Assembly (NCBI GenBank): GCA_051313645.2
Contig: JBNRSN020000012.1
Span: 11,718,001-11,782,000, forward strand
Direction of reading: 5' to 3'
DNA: 64,000 nucleotides
Origin: Centroscyllium fabricii
Lineage: Eukaryota
Each line of letters starts with the position of its first letter. The first letter of the stretch is position 1. The position numbers and the translations under genes are program-made. Shown here one piece after another: positions 51,006 to 61,844 of this stretch. A model generated the notes under the pieces. That model was not told where the DNA came from, made no database searches, and saw only the letters and a list, made by a program, of their open reading frames with translations.

Positions 51006-51522
51006 CTTTTTCCCTTGGGATATGGGCCTCGCTGGCAAGGCCGGCATTTATTGCCCATCCCTAGTTGCCCTCGAGAAGGTGGTGGTGAACCGCCTTCTTG
51101 AACCGCTGCAGTCCGTGTGGTGAAGGTGCTCCCACAGTGCGGTCAGCGAGGGAGTTTCTGGGTTTTGACCCAGCGATGATGAAGGAACAGCGATATACTT
51201 CAAGTCGGAATGGTGTGTGTGACTCGAATGGGAACTTGGAGGTGATGGTGTGCCCTTGAATTTCTGTAGCGCCTCTCACTTCATGAGGTCTCAATGTGCC
51301 TCACAGCCGATGAATTCGTTTTTAAAGTACAGTCACGATTGTTAGGTATCCATTTTTCACACAGCAAGGTCCCACAAATGGCAAACAATATAAATTACCA
51401 GATAATTAAGTGATACTGGTTAAGGAATAAATATTGACCGGGTAGAACTCCCCTGCTCTTGTTTGAATAGTGGCATAGGATCTTTAAGGTCCTCCTGAAC
51501 CTCGGTTTAACATCTTAAAGAC

Positions 51523-52102
51523 AGCACCTCCGACAGTGCAGCGCTCCCTCAGTACTGCCCCTCCGACAGTGCAGCACTCCCTCAGTACTGCCCCTCTGGC
51601 AGTGCAGCGCTCCCTCAGTACTGCCCCTCCGACAGTGCAGCGCTCCCTCAGTACTGACCCTCTGACAGTACTGCCCCTCTGACAGTGCAGCACTCCCTCA
51701 GTACTGCCCCTCTGGCAGTGCAGCACTCCCTCAGTACTGCCCCTCCGACAGTGCAGCACTCCCTCAGTACTGCCCCTCTGGCAGTGCAGCGCTCCCTCAG
51801 TACTGCCCCTCCGACAGTGCAGCGCTCCCTCAGTACTGACCCTCTGACAGTGCGGCACTCCCTCAGTACTGCCCCTCTGACAGTGCAGCGCTCCCTCAGT
51901 ACTGCCCCTCCGACAGTGCAGCACTCCCTCAGTACTGCCCCTCCGACAGTGCTGCACTCCCTCAGTACTGCCCCTCCGACAGTGCTGCACTCCCTCAGTA
52001 CAGCCCCTCCAACAGTGCAGCACTCCCTCAGTACTGCCCCTCCGACAGTGCGGCGCCCCCTCAGTACTGCCCCTCCGACAGTGCAGCGCTCCCTCAGTAC
52101 TG
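51523..52102. repeat. 33-bp minisatellite amplified from within a Deu SINE (about 17 copies)
   Basis: Unit GACAGTGCAGCACTCCCTCAGTACTGCCCCTCC; SINE sequence continues on both flanks. Confidence 0.92.
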
Positions 52103-52820
52103 CTCTGGGAAGGTCAGCATAATTATGGGCTCGAGTCTCTGGAGCCGGGGCTTGAGCCCATGAGCTTCGAGCAAGTGGTCGGAGAGTTACTGGATATGAT
52201 CAGGAGCAGATCCATCTCACATTTTGTGTCTGTCCCTGTGAGGTGCTGGATTTACCGCCTTTCCCACAGAAGACGACAACCAGTTCAGAAACTCAATCGG
52301 TTTTAATTAACTGCTAAGGGCCTGGGTCAGCAGTTATATTCTGCACTGCAGGCTGTAACCCATGCTTAATGACTTGTGCTGTCCGATGCAATAAAATGTA
52401 AAGATAACCCAGTCGTGTCGGAACCCAGGGAGAGGCCAAGACCCAAAAAGTTAACTGCGGTTGTTGCTTTGTTTCGGCCTCAGCTCTCGCTTCTGAGTCA
52501 GAAGGTGATGGGTTCAAGTCCCACTTCCAGAGAATTGAGCCCATTATCCAGGCTGACGCTCCAGTGCCAGTGCTGAGGGAGTGCTGCACTGTCGAAGGTG
52601 CTGTCTTTTGGATGAGATGTTAATCCGAGGCCCCGTCTGCCCTCTCGGGTAGATGTAAAAGATTTACACTGGTCATTATTTCGAAGAAGAGCAGGGGTGT
52701 CCTCCCCGGTGTCCCGGCTAATAGTTATCCCTCAAGCAGCATCACTGAAAACAGATTTTCTGGTAATTTATTACCTTGCTGTTTATGGGACCTTGCTGTG
52801 CGCAAATTGGCTGTGTTCCC

Positions 52821-53801
52821 TGATGTGATAATGGAGTCTGATACATCAATAGCTTAATTTAATCCACTGCATTATCATTATGTACAAAGCCGGGTTTTAC
52901 CAATTCAATTCAAGTTTTATTGTCATTGCAGAGTACTAGTACAATACAACGAGACGAAGACTCGACTCTCCCGAGAGTAGTGCAAATAAAATAAATAAAT
53001 TACATGCAAATTGCATACAGTAAAGTACATTATCAGGCGTGCAGGTACCGGAGTTTCTTTTTAGAGTTCAGGAGGCTGACAGCCCTGGGGAAGAAGCTGC
53101 TCTGAAATCTAGTTGTGCGGGTGCAAATTGCTCTGTAGCGTCTCCCGGAGGGCAGGGGGGCGAACAGACTGTGGCTGGGGTGTGAGGGGTCTTTAATAAT
53201 GTTCCGAGACCTCCGTAAGCAGCGTTTGAGGTAGATGCTTTCCATTGACGGTAGCTGTGTACCGGTAATTCGTTGGGCAGTTTTGACTACCCGCTGCAGG
53301 GTTTTCCGGTCCGAGATAGTGCAATTACCATACCAGACAGTGATGCAGCTTGTCAGTATGCTTTCTATTGTGCAGCGGTAGAAGTTGGAGAGGATGCCGG
53401 ATGACAGCCTGGCTTTCTTCAGCTTCCTTAGGAAGTACAGGCGCTGTTGGGCCTTCTTAACCAGAGAGGAGGTGTTTAGTGACCAGGAGAGATCTTCCAA
53501 GATGTGGACCCCGAGGAACTTGAAGCTGGACACCCTTTCCACCTCAGCCCCTTGGATGAAGATGGGGGTGTGTCTTCTGCTTCCAGTCCTCCGGAAGTCC
53601 ACTATGATCTCCTTGGTTTTCTTGGTGTTCAGTGCCAGGTTGTTGTCGGCACACCAACCCACAAGGCGCTTACCATGCTTCCAGGTGAAGCGTTCCCCCA
53701 TACTGAGCAGTTCCAGTATTTATACTAACAGAAAACAGGAAGTGGCATGTACAGAGCTCACCCCTTAGCCTTCCCCCGGAAGTCTGTTCAATATTACCAC
53801 A
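52821..53801 (-). mobile_element. Short solo-LTR-like insertion related to family A (about 208 bp net), containing a Rex insertion
   Basis: TGATGTGA...TACCACA; TSD TTCCC (52816-52820, 53802-53806); ends resemble 2489-2717. Confidence 0.7.
52903..53669 (-). mobile_element. Rex1/Babar-like LINE 3' fragment
   Basis: Near-identical to 13692-14470; TSD TTACCA (52897-52902, 53670-53675). Confidence 0.85.
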
Positions 53802-54313
53802 TTCCCTACATTACAACAGTGACTATACTTCATAAGGCCCTGTCACACCTTGACGTTTTAGCCAGCGTATGCAAATTTGGCGAAAACGTTGGTTTACGTC
53901 GGATACGTTATGGGTAAGTTTTGTATACGTTAAGAGCACGCTGGCATACGTCATTGAGTCAAGAAATTTTGAGCATGCACAAAATTTCTCGACGTATCCT
54001 GCGTATGACTCACACGTTCCGCATACGCTGGCCATAAGTTGTAGGCACGTTAGGCGATCGTTGACACACGTCGACACACGTTACTTGTAAGTTAGTCATA
54101 AGTCAAAATACGTCGAGATAATGTCTAGCGTACCCGGAACTTATTTCTAACCTATGAGTAATGTGCTTTGAACCTATGTGTAACATATCTCCAACGCATA
54201 TTGACGTATGTAGACGTATTTGACGTCTTCCTGACGACCACAGAACTTACTGAACGTGTTTCTAACTTACAGCTACCGTATAATGGCGTATTGGCAGCGT
54301 TTAGGGGAATTGG

Positions 54314-54351
54314 TATATAAAAAATGGGGTTCACAGGAGGAACCCGTCAGT
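54314..54351 (+). promoter_or_regulatory. Putative TATA box plus initiator of the transposase gene
   Basis: TATATAAA at 54314-54321 and TCAGT at 54347-54351, upstream of ATG 54395. Confidence 0.5.
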
Positions 54352-54394
54352 GTTCCAGACTCCATGGTGAGCAGATGTCCATGTCATCCGAGAG

Positions 54395-55881
54395 ATGGAG
54401 GATCCGGCAAGACGAGAATACCTACTAGCTGTCCTCCAACATCAACATGCCCTCATCGATTTGACACTGTACCAGTTGCGTGCCAATAGAGCCAGGAGAA
54501 GAATAGGTGAACGGAGGAGAAGGAACTGGGTGAGACCATGGATCGGGAGGCGACGGCAGTTTGGCATGTATGACCAGCTCATGGTGGAACTCCGTAACGA
54601 GGACCATGCATCCTTCACCAACTTCCTGCGTATGCCCCCAGCGATGTTCGACGAGCTGCTAGCCAGAGTGGGTCCAAGGATAACCAAGCAGTACACTTTC
54701 TACAGGGATCCGCTTGAGCCTGGCATGAAGCTGGCACTGACTTTGCGTCACCTTGCCTCTGGAAACAAGTATGCCTCGATGAAGTTCGCATGGAGGGTCC
54801 CTCACAACACCCAGTCCCTAGTGGTCAGAGAAGTCTGTCAAGCCATTATTGACGAATACGTGGATGAGGTGATGGTTTGCCCAAGTACTCCTGATGGTTG
54901 GCGCGCCATAGCTGACAAGTTCTTCCAACGATGGAACTTTCCCCATACATGTGGGGCACTTGACGGGAAGCACGTGGCCTGCCGCTGTCCTCCAAAGACT
55001 GGGTCCCAATACTACAACTACAAAGGATTCTACTCCATTGTTCTGATGGCGCTTGTGGATGCTGACTACAAATTCATTTGGGCAGATGTCGGCGGTACTG
55101 GATCTGCATCAGATGCGCAGATATACAATGACTCTGAGCTGAAGGAATGCGCTGAAGACGGTACCCTTGGTTTCACTGACCCTGAGCCTCTTCCCAACGA
55201 CAACCAGGACGTGCCTTACTTCTTTATCGGTGACGATGCCTTCGCCTTACGACCAACCATGATGAAGCCATACAGCCTCCGTGGTCTGACGAATGAACAA
55301 CGCATCTTCAACTACAGGCTTAGCCGAGCAAGGAGGGTAGTAGAAAATGCATTCGGCATCCTGGCTAACAGATTCCAGGTTCTGCTAAGTACCATGCAGC
55401 ATCACCCCTCCACTGTCAAGCTCATTGTCAAAGCATGCTTGATCCTGCACAACCTCATGAGGACCAGGTAATTCATGTTTACATAGCATATATTATACAG
55501 TATACAATGAAATTTAACTTTTAGCCTATGCTTATAAACATTATATGATTTAACTTAAATTTTACATGTATCATTATATTACTTTTTAATGTACAGCGCA
55601 TTAGAATATATGTTTTTATTATAGGTGCGCTTTATAAGTAAATAAAATCAAATTCAAATTCCAGGTACCCAGGACTACAGAACCAGCAGCTTGACCGGGC
55701 AGAGAATGAGAACCGCGACCTTGTTCCAGCAGCATGGCGACAGGGACATCAGTTGGAGGATACACAGACAGCTACTGGCCCCAACACTGCCTCCAAGGAC
55801 GGAAGGAAACAGAGGAATCTCCTCAAGCACTGGGTTAACTCCCCAGCTGGCGCAGTTCCGTGGCAAGATAGGATGATTTAG
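54395..55881 (+). CDS. Harbinger transposase (DDE_Tnp_4 / HARBI1-like nuclease), two exons 54395-55467 and 55665-55881, 429 aa
   Basis: GALDGKHV, GSASD, FIGDDAF and RARRVVENAFG motifs; AT-rich GT-AG intron 55468-55664 whose removal extends the frame to ...HWVNSPAGAVPWQDRMI*; AATAAA at 55909-55914. Confidence 0.9.
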
Positions 55882-56189
55882 ATATTTGTATTACTGCATT
55901 GTTCAGGCAATAAAGGACCTCAGAGACTTTCCTCCTGAAATGAACATCTTATAAAAAGCCTTTTTTTCCAATTATCCACTTTTCAATATACATGTACATT
56001 ATATTATTATACCTTTTTCAAAGTGTATGAATTTATTATTGTTAATTATTGTTTATGATTTAAATTATAAAACAATATCAACAAACATCAAGAGTTTGCT
56101 TAATTTGATCGTCGGCGAAACACTGCCGCGCGCTATGCATAAGTTAGACTATCGTTGGGCATAAGTTGTGAACGCCGACAACACGCTAA

Positions 56190-56942
56190 AGGCCCTGTCA
56201 CACCTAGACGTTTTAGCCAGCGTATGCAAATTTGGCTAAAACGCTGGGTTACGTCGGATACGTTATGGGTACGTTATGCATACGTTACGAGAACGCTGGC
56301 ATACGCTGGGCATACGCTGGGCATACGTTGCATACGTCGTTGTACTTCGAGTCAAGGCCCTGTCACACCTAGACGTTTTAGCCAGCGTATGCAAATTTGG
56401 CTAAAACGCTGGGTTACGTCGGATACGTTATGGGTACGTTACGAGAACGCTGGGCATACGCTGGGCATACGTTGCATACGTCGTTGTACTTCGAGTAAGT
56501 CGAGAATTTTTGAGCATGCACAAAAAATCTCGACTTATCCAGCGTATGACTCACACGTTCCGCATACGCTGGCCATACGTTGTAGGCACGTTAGGCGATC
56601 GTTGAACACACTTTACCTGTGCCCCTGTGATGCCCTGTCACAACTTGACGATTTAGTATGCCAACGTATCAAAATTTATCTAAAACGTCGGCGATACGCT
56701 GCCGCGCGCTATGCATACGTTAGACTATCGTTGGGCATAAGTTGAGAACGCCGACAACACGCTAAGCATTCGTTGGTATAAGTTATCTGTAAGTTATCGA
56801 TACGTTCTGTGTACGTTACTAATACGTTATACATACGTTATGAATACGCTATTATACGCCCAAAACTGAAAAAAAGTCAAAAGTTCAGCGTTTTAGCCAA
56901 ATTTGCATACGCTGGCTAAAACGTCTAGGTGTGACAGGGCCT
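56190..56942. mobile_element. Non-autonomous Harbinger MITE nested in its cognate element
   Basis: 57-bp perfect TIRs starting AGGCCCTGTCACACCTAGACG; TSD TAA (56187-56189, 56943-56945); the empty-site sequence ACACGC-TAA-GCATTCG is present at about 56757-56772. Confidence 0.9.
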
Positions 56943-57164
56943 TAAGCATTCGTTGGTATAAGTTGGTATAAGTTATCTGTAAGTTATCGATACGCTCTGT
57001 GTACGTTACTAATACGTATGCATACGTCCAACTCGTTATGAATACGCTATCAAACGCCCAAAACTGAAAAAAACATCGATAGTTCAGCGAACGCCAGCGT
57101 TTTAGATAAATTTGCATAAGTCGGCATGCGCTAGCTAATTCGTCAAGGTGTGACAGGGCCTATA

Positions 57165-57622
57165 AAAACATAGAAGATAGGAGAAGTCGGCCATTCGGCC
57201 CCTCGATCCTGCTCCGCCATTCAATGAGATCATGGCTGATCATTCAAATTCAGTACCCTGTCCCTGACTTCTCCCCATATCCCTTGATCCTTTAGCCTTA
57301 AGAAATACATCCAGCTCCTTCTTGAATATATTTAATGAACTGGCCTCCACCGCCCTCTGTGGCAGAGAATTCCACAGGTTCACCACTCTCTGGGTGAAGA
57401 AATTCCTCCTCATCTCTGTCCTAAATGGCTTACTCCTTATCCTTAGACTGTGACCCCTGGTTCTGGACTCCCCGACCATCGGGAACATCCTTCCTGCATC
57501 TAGTCTGTCCAGTCCTGTTAGAATTTTATAAGTTACGATGAGATCCCCTCTCATTCTTCTGAACTCCAGCGGGTATAAGCCAAATCAACCCAATCTCTCC
57601 TCATATGTCATTCCTGCCATCC
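57165..57622 (-). mobile_element. CR1 LINE 3' end (host of the Harbinger insertion)
   Basis: ORF 57240-57554; flanked by duplicated TACTTCA within a Deu SINE. Confidence 0.85.
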
Positions 57623-58689
57623 TTACTTCAAAAGTACTTCATTGGCTGTGAAGCACTTTGGGCCGTCTTGAGGTGGTAAAAGGCGCTATAGAAATGCACG
57701 TCCCTCTTTGTTGGTTGTTAAGTGAGTAAACCATGAAGAAACCGAGCCAAGTACCAGATCCTGATGCCATCGCCTCCAGCATTCAGACGATCTAAGGCGA
57801 GATATTTACGTTCAGCTTCCTCCGATGCCTCGGCAAGTTTATCCAGGGAGTTCCGGAGTGTTCCGAATGCCAGGATAGTCCCCGGTATATGCTGAGTCAG
57901 CTGGGATGGCAAGGTTCCATCGGCTTAAGTGCCTCAGAGTCAGAGGGCGGGGAAACCCTTGACGAGGTTCCTGCTCCTAATCCAGCGTGCCAGCCACTCG
58001 TGCTGGGGGGGGGTGGGGGGGGGGGGGGGGGAGGGCGGTCAGGATTGAGCTCGACATGTCATGCCCACTGCAGTCAAATTAGCATTCATGGTCAGGGCTC
58101 CTTGCTGGGAAGCCCTCCGGGACCTTGCCTGGAGGCTGGCAATCTGACTCAAGCCAGAACCTGATCCTGGGAGGGGGAGAGGGGGGGAGCGGGCAACGAG
58201 GAGGAGGGGGTGATGAGCTGGCCAATGATCAGGAGCAGCCACCCTGCCCGATACTGCTCCCCATTTACCCTCGGGGAGGGGGTCACTGAGGTCAGCTGGA
58301 GGGTCACAGAGGGGATGCAGGAATGACGCATGAGGAGAGATTGGGCCGAGAGAAGGCAGTTGAGGCCAATTCATTAAATATATTCAAGAAGGAGTTGGAT
58401 ATATTTCTTAAGGCTAAAGGGATCAAGGGACATGGGGAGAGGCAGGGACAGGGTACTGAGTTTGGATGATCAGCCACGATCTCATTAAATGGCGGAGCAG
58501 GCTCGAGGGGCCGAATGGCCGACTCCTGCTCCTATCTTCTATGTTTCTATGGATCAGCCAACTCAGTCTGGACTGCCGGTCCGAACCTGGAGCCTTCCTG
58601 GTCTGACAGGTCACAGAGACTAGTCTACCCTATGGACACATCAGACAACCTCCAAGAGTACAGGAGTGACTGACTGCACTTTAAATGTA

Positions 58690-59124
58690 CAGGTTGAGCG
58701 CCGGTAATCCGGCACCCGATGGTCCGGCAGCTTCAGTGGTCTGGCACGATGAGAAACCGGCGCTCTTCATTTTGCGGAGCAACCGCTCGGCGCCGCCACT
58801 GTTTCCCGGGAAGGGTGAGTGAGTGCTGAAGGCGTCGGGCGTTTGGGTTTCTGCTTTTTATAGGTTTTATAAGTGTTCTACCGCACGTTCCGGGCCCCGG
58901 GGAGTGTTTTACCGTGTGCTCCGGGCACCGGGAAGTGTTCTACTGCGCGCTCCAGGCCCCGGGGAATGTTTTATCGCGCGCTCTAAGCCCTGGGGAGTGT
59001 TTTTCTGCGCGCTCCGGGCCCCAGGGAGTGTTCTACTCTACTGCGCGCTGCCCCCGAACCTTCAGTGGTTCGGAATTTTCAGTGGTCCGGCACCAGCCTG
59101 GTCCCGAGAGTGCCGGATTACCTG
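58690..59124 (+). mobile_element. Tc1/mariner (Tigger/pogo-like) MITE
   Basis: TA|CAGGTTGAGCGCCGGTAATCCGGCAC ... GTGCCGGATTACCTG|TA; internal repeats of about 30 bp GCGCGCTCCGGGCCCCGGGGAGTGTT. Confidence 0.7.
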
Positions 59125-59164
59125 TATTTCATTGACTGTAAAGCGATGTGGGGGCATCCTGGGA

Positions 59165-59465
59165 ACCACACCTGGAGTACTGGGAGCAGTTCTGGGCACC
59201 ACACCTGGAGTACTGGGAGCAGTTCTGGGCACCACACCTGGAGTACTGGGAGCAGTTCTGGGCTCCACACCTGGAGTACTGGGAGCAGTTCTAGGCACCA
59301 CACCTGGAGTACCGTGAGCAGTTCTGGGCTCCACACCTGGAGTACTGTGAGCAGTTCTGGGCTCCACACCTGGAGTACTGTGAGCAGTTCTGGGCTCCAC
59401 ACCTGGAGTACTGTGAGCAGTTCTGGGCTCCACACCTGGAGCACTGTGAGCAGTTCTGGGCACCG
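59165..59465 (+). repeat. 33-bp minisatellite derived from CR1 ORF2 (PHLEYCVQFWAP codons), about 9 copies
   Basis: Unit ACACCTGGAGTACTGTGAGCAGTTCTGGGCTCC; runs directly into a CR1 3' end (59465-59970). Confidence 0.9.
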
Positions 59466-60087
59466 TACCTTAGGAAGGATATATTGGCCTTGGAGGGAGT
59501 GCAGCGTAGGTTTACCAGAATGATACCCGGACTTCAAGGGTTAAGTTACGAGGAGAGATTACACAAATTAGGGTTGTGTTCCTAGAATTTAGAAGGTTAA
59601 GGGGTGACCTGATCGAAGTTTTCAAGATATTAAGGGGAACGGATAGGGTGGATAGAGAGAAACTATTTCCGCTGGTTGGGGATTCTAGGACTAGGGGCAT
59701 CGTCTAAAAATTAGAGCCGGACATTTCAGGAGTGAAATTAGGAAACACTTCTACACACAAAGGGTGGTAGAAGTTTGGAACTCTCTTCCGCAAACGGCAA
59801 TTGATGCTCGATCAATTGTTAATTTTAAATCGGAGGTTGATAGCTTTCTGTCAACCAAAGGTATTAAGGGATATGGGCCAAAGGCGTGTATACGGAGTTA
59901 GGTCGCAGATCAGCCATGATCTCATTGAATGGTGGAACAGACTCGAGGGGCTGAATGGTCTACTCCTGCTCCAGGTTGTGAAAGATGTTCTAGAAATGCA
60001 AGTTCTTCCTTTCAATCTGTTTTGTGTTAGCTGATCTCAGCCCGGCCTCCCGTCCGCCCTCCGTAAACTTCAGCTCATCCAAAACTC

Positions 60088-60880
60088 CTCTGCCCCGTGT
60101 CCTAACTCACACCCAGTCCCGTTCACCCATCACCCCCTGTGCTCACTGCCCCGTGTCCTAACTCACACCAAGTCCCGTTCACACATTACCCTGTGGTCAC
60201 TGCCCCGTGTCCTAACTCACACCCAGTCCCGTTCACCCATCACCCCCTGTGCTCACTGCCCCGTGTCCTAACTCACACCAAGTCCCGTTCACCCATTACC
60301 CTGTGCTCACTGCCCCGTGTCCTAACTCACACCCAGTCCCGTTCACCCATTACCCACTGTGTTCACTGCCCCATGTCCTAACTCGCACGCAGTCCCGTTC
60401 ACCCATCACCCTGTGCTCACTGCCCCGTGTCCTACCTCACACCCAGTCCCATTCACCCATCACCCACTGTGTTCACTGCCCCATGTCCTAACTCACACCC
60501 AGTCCCATTCACCCATCACCCCCTGTGCTCACTGCCCCATGTCCTAACTCACACCCAGTCCCATTCACCCATCACCCACTGTGTTCACTGCCCCGTGTCC
60601 TAACTCGCACGCAGTCCCGTTCACCCATCACCCTGTGCTCACTGCCCCGTGTCCTAATTCACACCCAGTCCCGTTCACCCCTCACCCCCTGTGCTCACTG
60701 CCCATGTCCTAACTCACACCCAGTCCCGTTCACCCATTACCCTGTGGTCACTGCCCCGTGTCCTAACTCGCACTCAGTCCCGTTCACCAATCACCCCCTG
60801 TGCTCACTGCCCCGTGTCCTAACTCGCACTCAGTCCCGTTCACCCATCACCCCCTGTGCTCACTGCCCCATGTCCTAACT
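60088..60880 (+). repeat. 54-56-bp minisatellite amplified inside an L2-like element (about 14 copies)
   Basis: Unit CCCCGTGTCCTAACTCACACCCAGTCCCGTTCACCCATCACCCCCTGTGCTCACTG; single-copy version at about 34730-34790; L2 spans about 60035-61280. Confidence 0.9.
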
Positions 60881-61559
60881 TGCACCAAGTCCTGCTGACT
60901 AACACTGGCAACGCCTCAATTTTAAAATTATCATCCTTGTTTTCAAATCTCCTCCATGGCCTTGCGTACCATACCGCCCCTGCCCCCCACCCCACCCCCC
61001 CCACCATCCCCAACCCCCACGACCCTCCGAGATCTCTGCGCTCCTCCAAATCTGGCTTCTTTTGCATCTGTGATTTTAATCGCTCCACCATTGGCGGCCG
61101 TGCCTTCAGCTGCCTGGGCCCCGAGCTCTGGAATTCCCTCCCTAAACCTCTCCGCCTCTCTCTGCTCCTTTACAATGCTCGCTTAAAACCCACCACTTTG
61201 TTCAAACTTTTGATCATCTGTCCCCAATATCTCCTGATGTGGCTCGGTGTCAAATTTAATCTGGTAATCGCTCCTGTAAGGAGTACCTGTAATGGAATTA
61301 GTCCCAGTGGCAGAGAGAAGGGGAATCCGCCCAGGCTCCCCTGCACCCAGTCTCCAGCCCCCCGCTCCCGTGTGAACCTTGTGTGTCGCAGTTGATGGGG
61401 TCGGAAGGAGGCCGTGCGATGGGGCAATAGGAATGACACAAACCCCGCCATTACAACCTGGGCTAAGAATCGACCGTGGATGGAAAAGTTTTCATCTCAT
61501 AAACTACCACACAAAATTTGCAACAGAACAAATAAATGACTCAGGATGTCAGCTGGCAT

Positions 61560-61639
61560 GTTGCCGTGGCCACGCAGCGGCAGCTTGTGCAGCATGAGCT
61601 CGGGAATGGGAAAAGGCCAGATGAGGTTGCCATGGTGAC
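61560..61639. promoter_or_regulatory. Pair of RFX X-box-like motifs
   Basis: GTTGCCATGGTGAC (61626-61639) and GTTGCCGTGGCCAC (61560-61573) in non-repetitive sequence. Confidence 0.35.
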
Positions 61640-61844
61640 ACCTTACGATAGGCCTGGGCTGCTGGTGGCTTTGTCAAGTGGGAGGGACGGAGAGGGGGAA
61701 TTTGAGCCGATGCCCCTAGAAACATCTCGTGTACGTCGGTCAGGTATTTCAGACCTTTCCGGCCTAAGAACAGGTGAACTGCTTTTCTCCCCCCCACCCC
61801 GCCCACACCACCTCCGCAAACCCCTCCTCCCTCCCTACACAAGA

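Larger units (their letters stand above)
53835..57161 (+). mobile_element. PIF/Harbinger DNA transposon
   Basis: Perfect 21-bp TIR AGGCCCTGTCACACCTTGACG; 3-bp TSD ATA (53832-53834, 57162-57164); encodes an IS5/Harbinger-type DDE transposase. Confidence 0.93.

Noticed and set aside
54395-55881. Host HARBI1 gene
   Set aside because: It is bounded by intact TIRs and a TSD and inserted within a CR1 tail, so it is a transposon copy and not the domesticated gene
56155-56745. 196-aa ORF as the missing Myb/SANT gene
   Set aside because: It is a translation of duplicated TIR and subterminal sequence of the nested MITE, with no Myb-like tryptophan pattern
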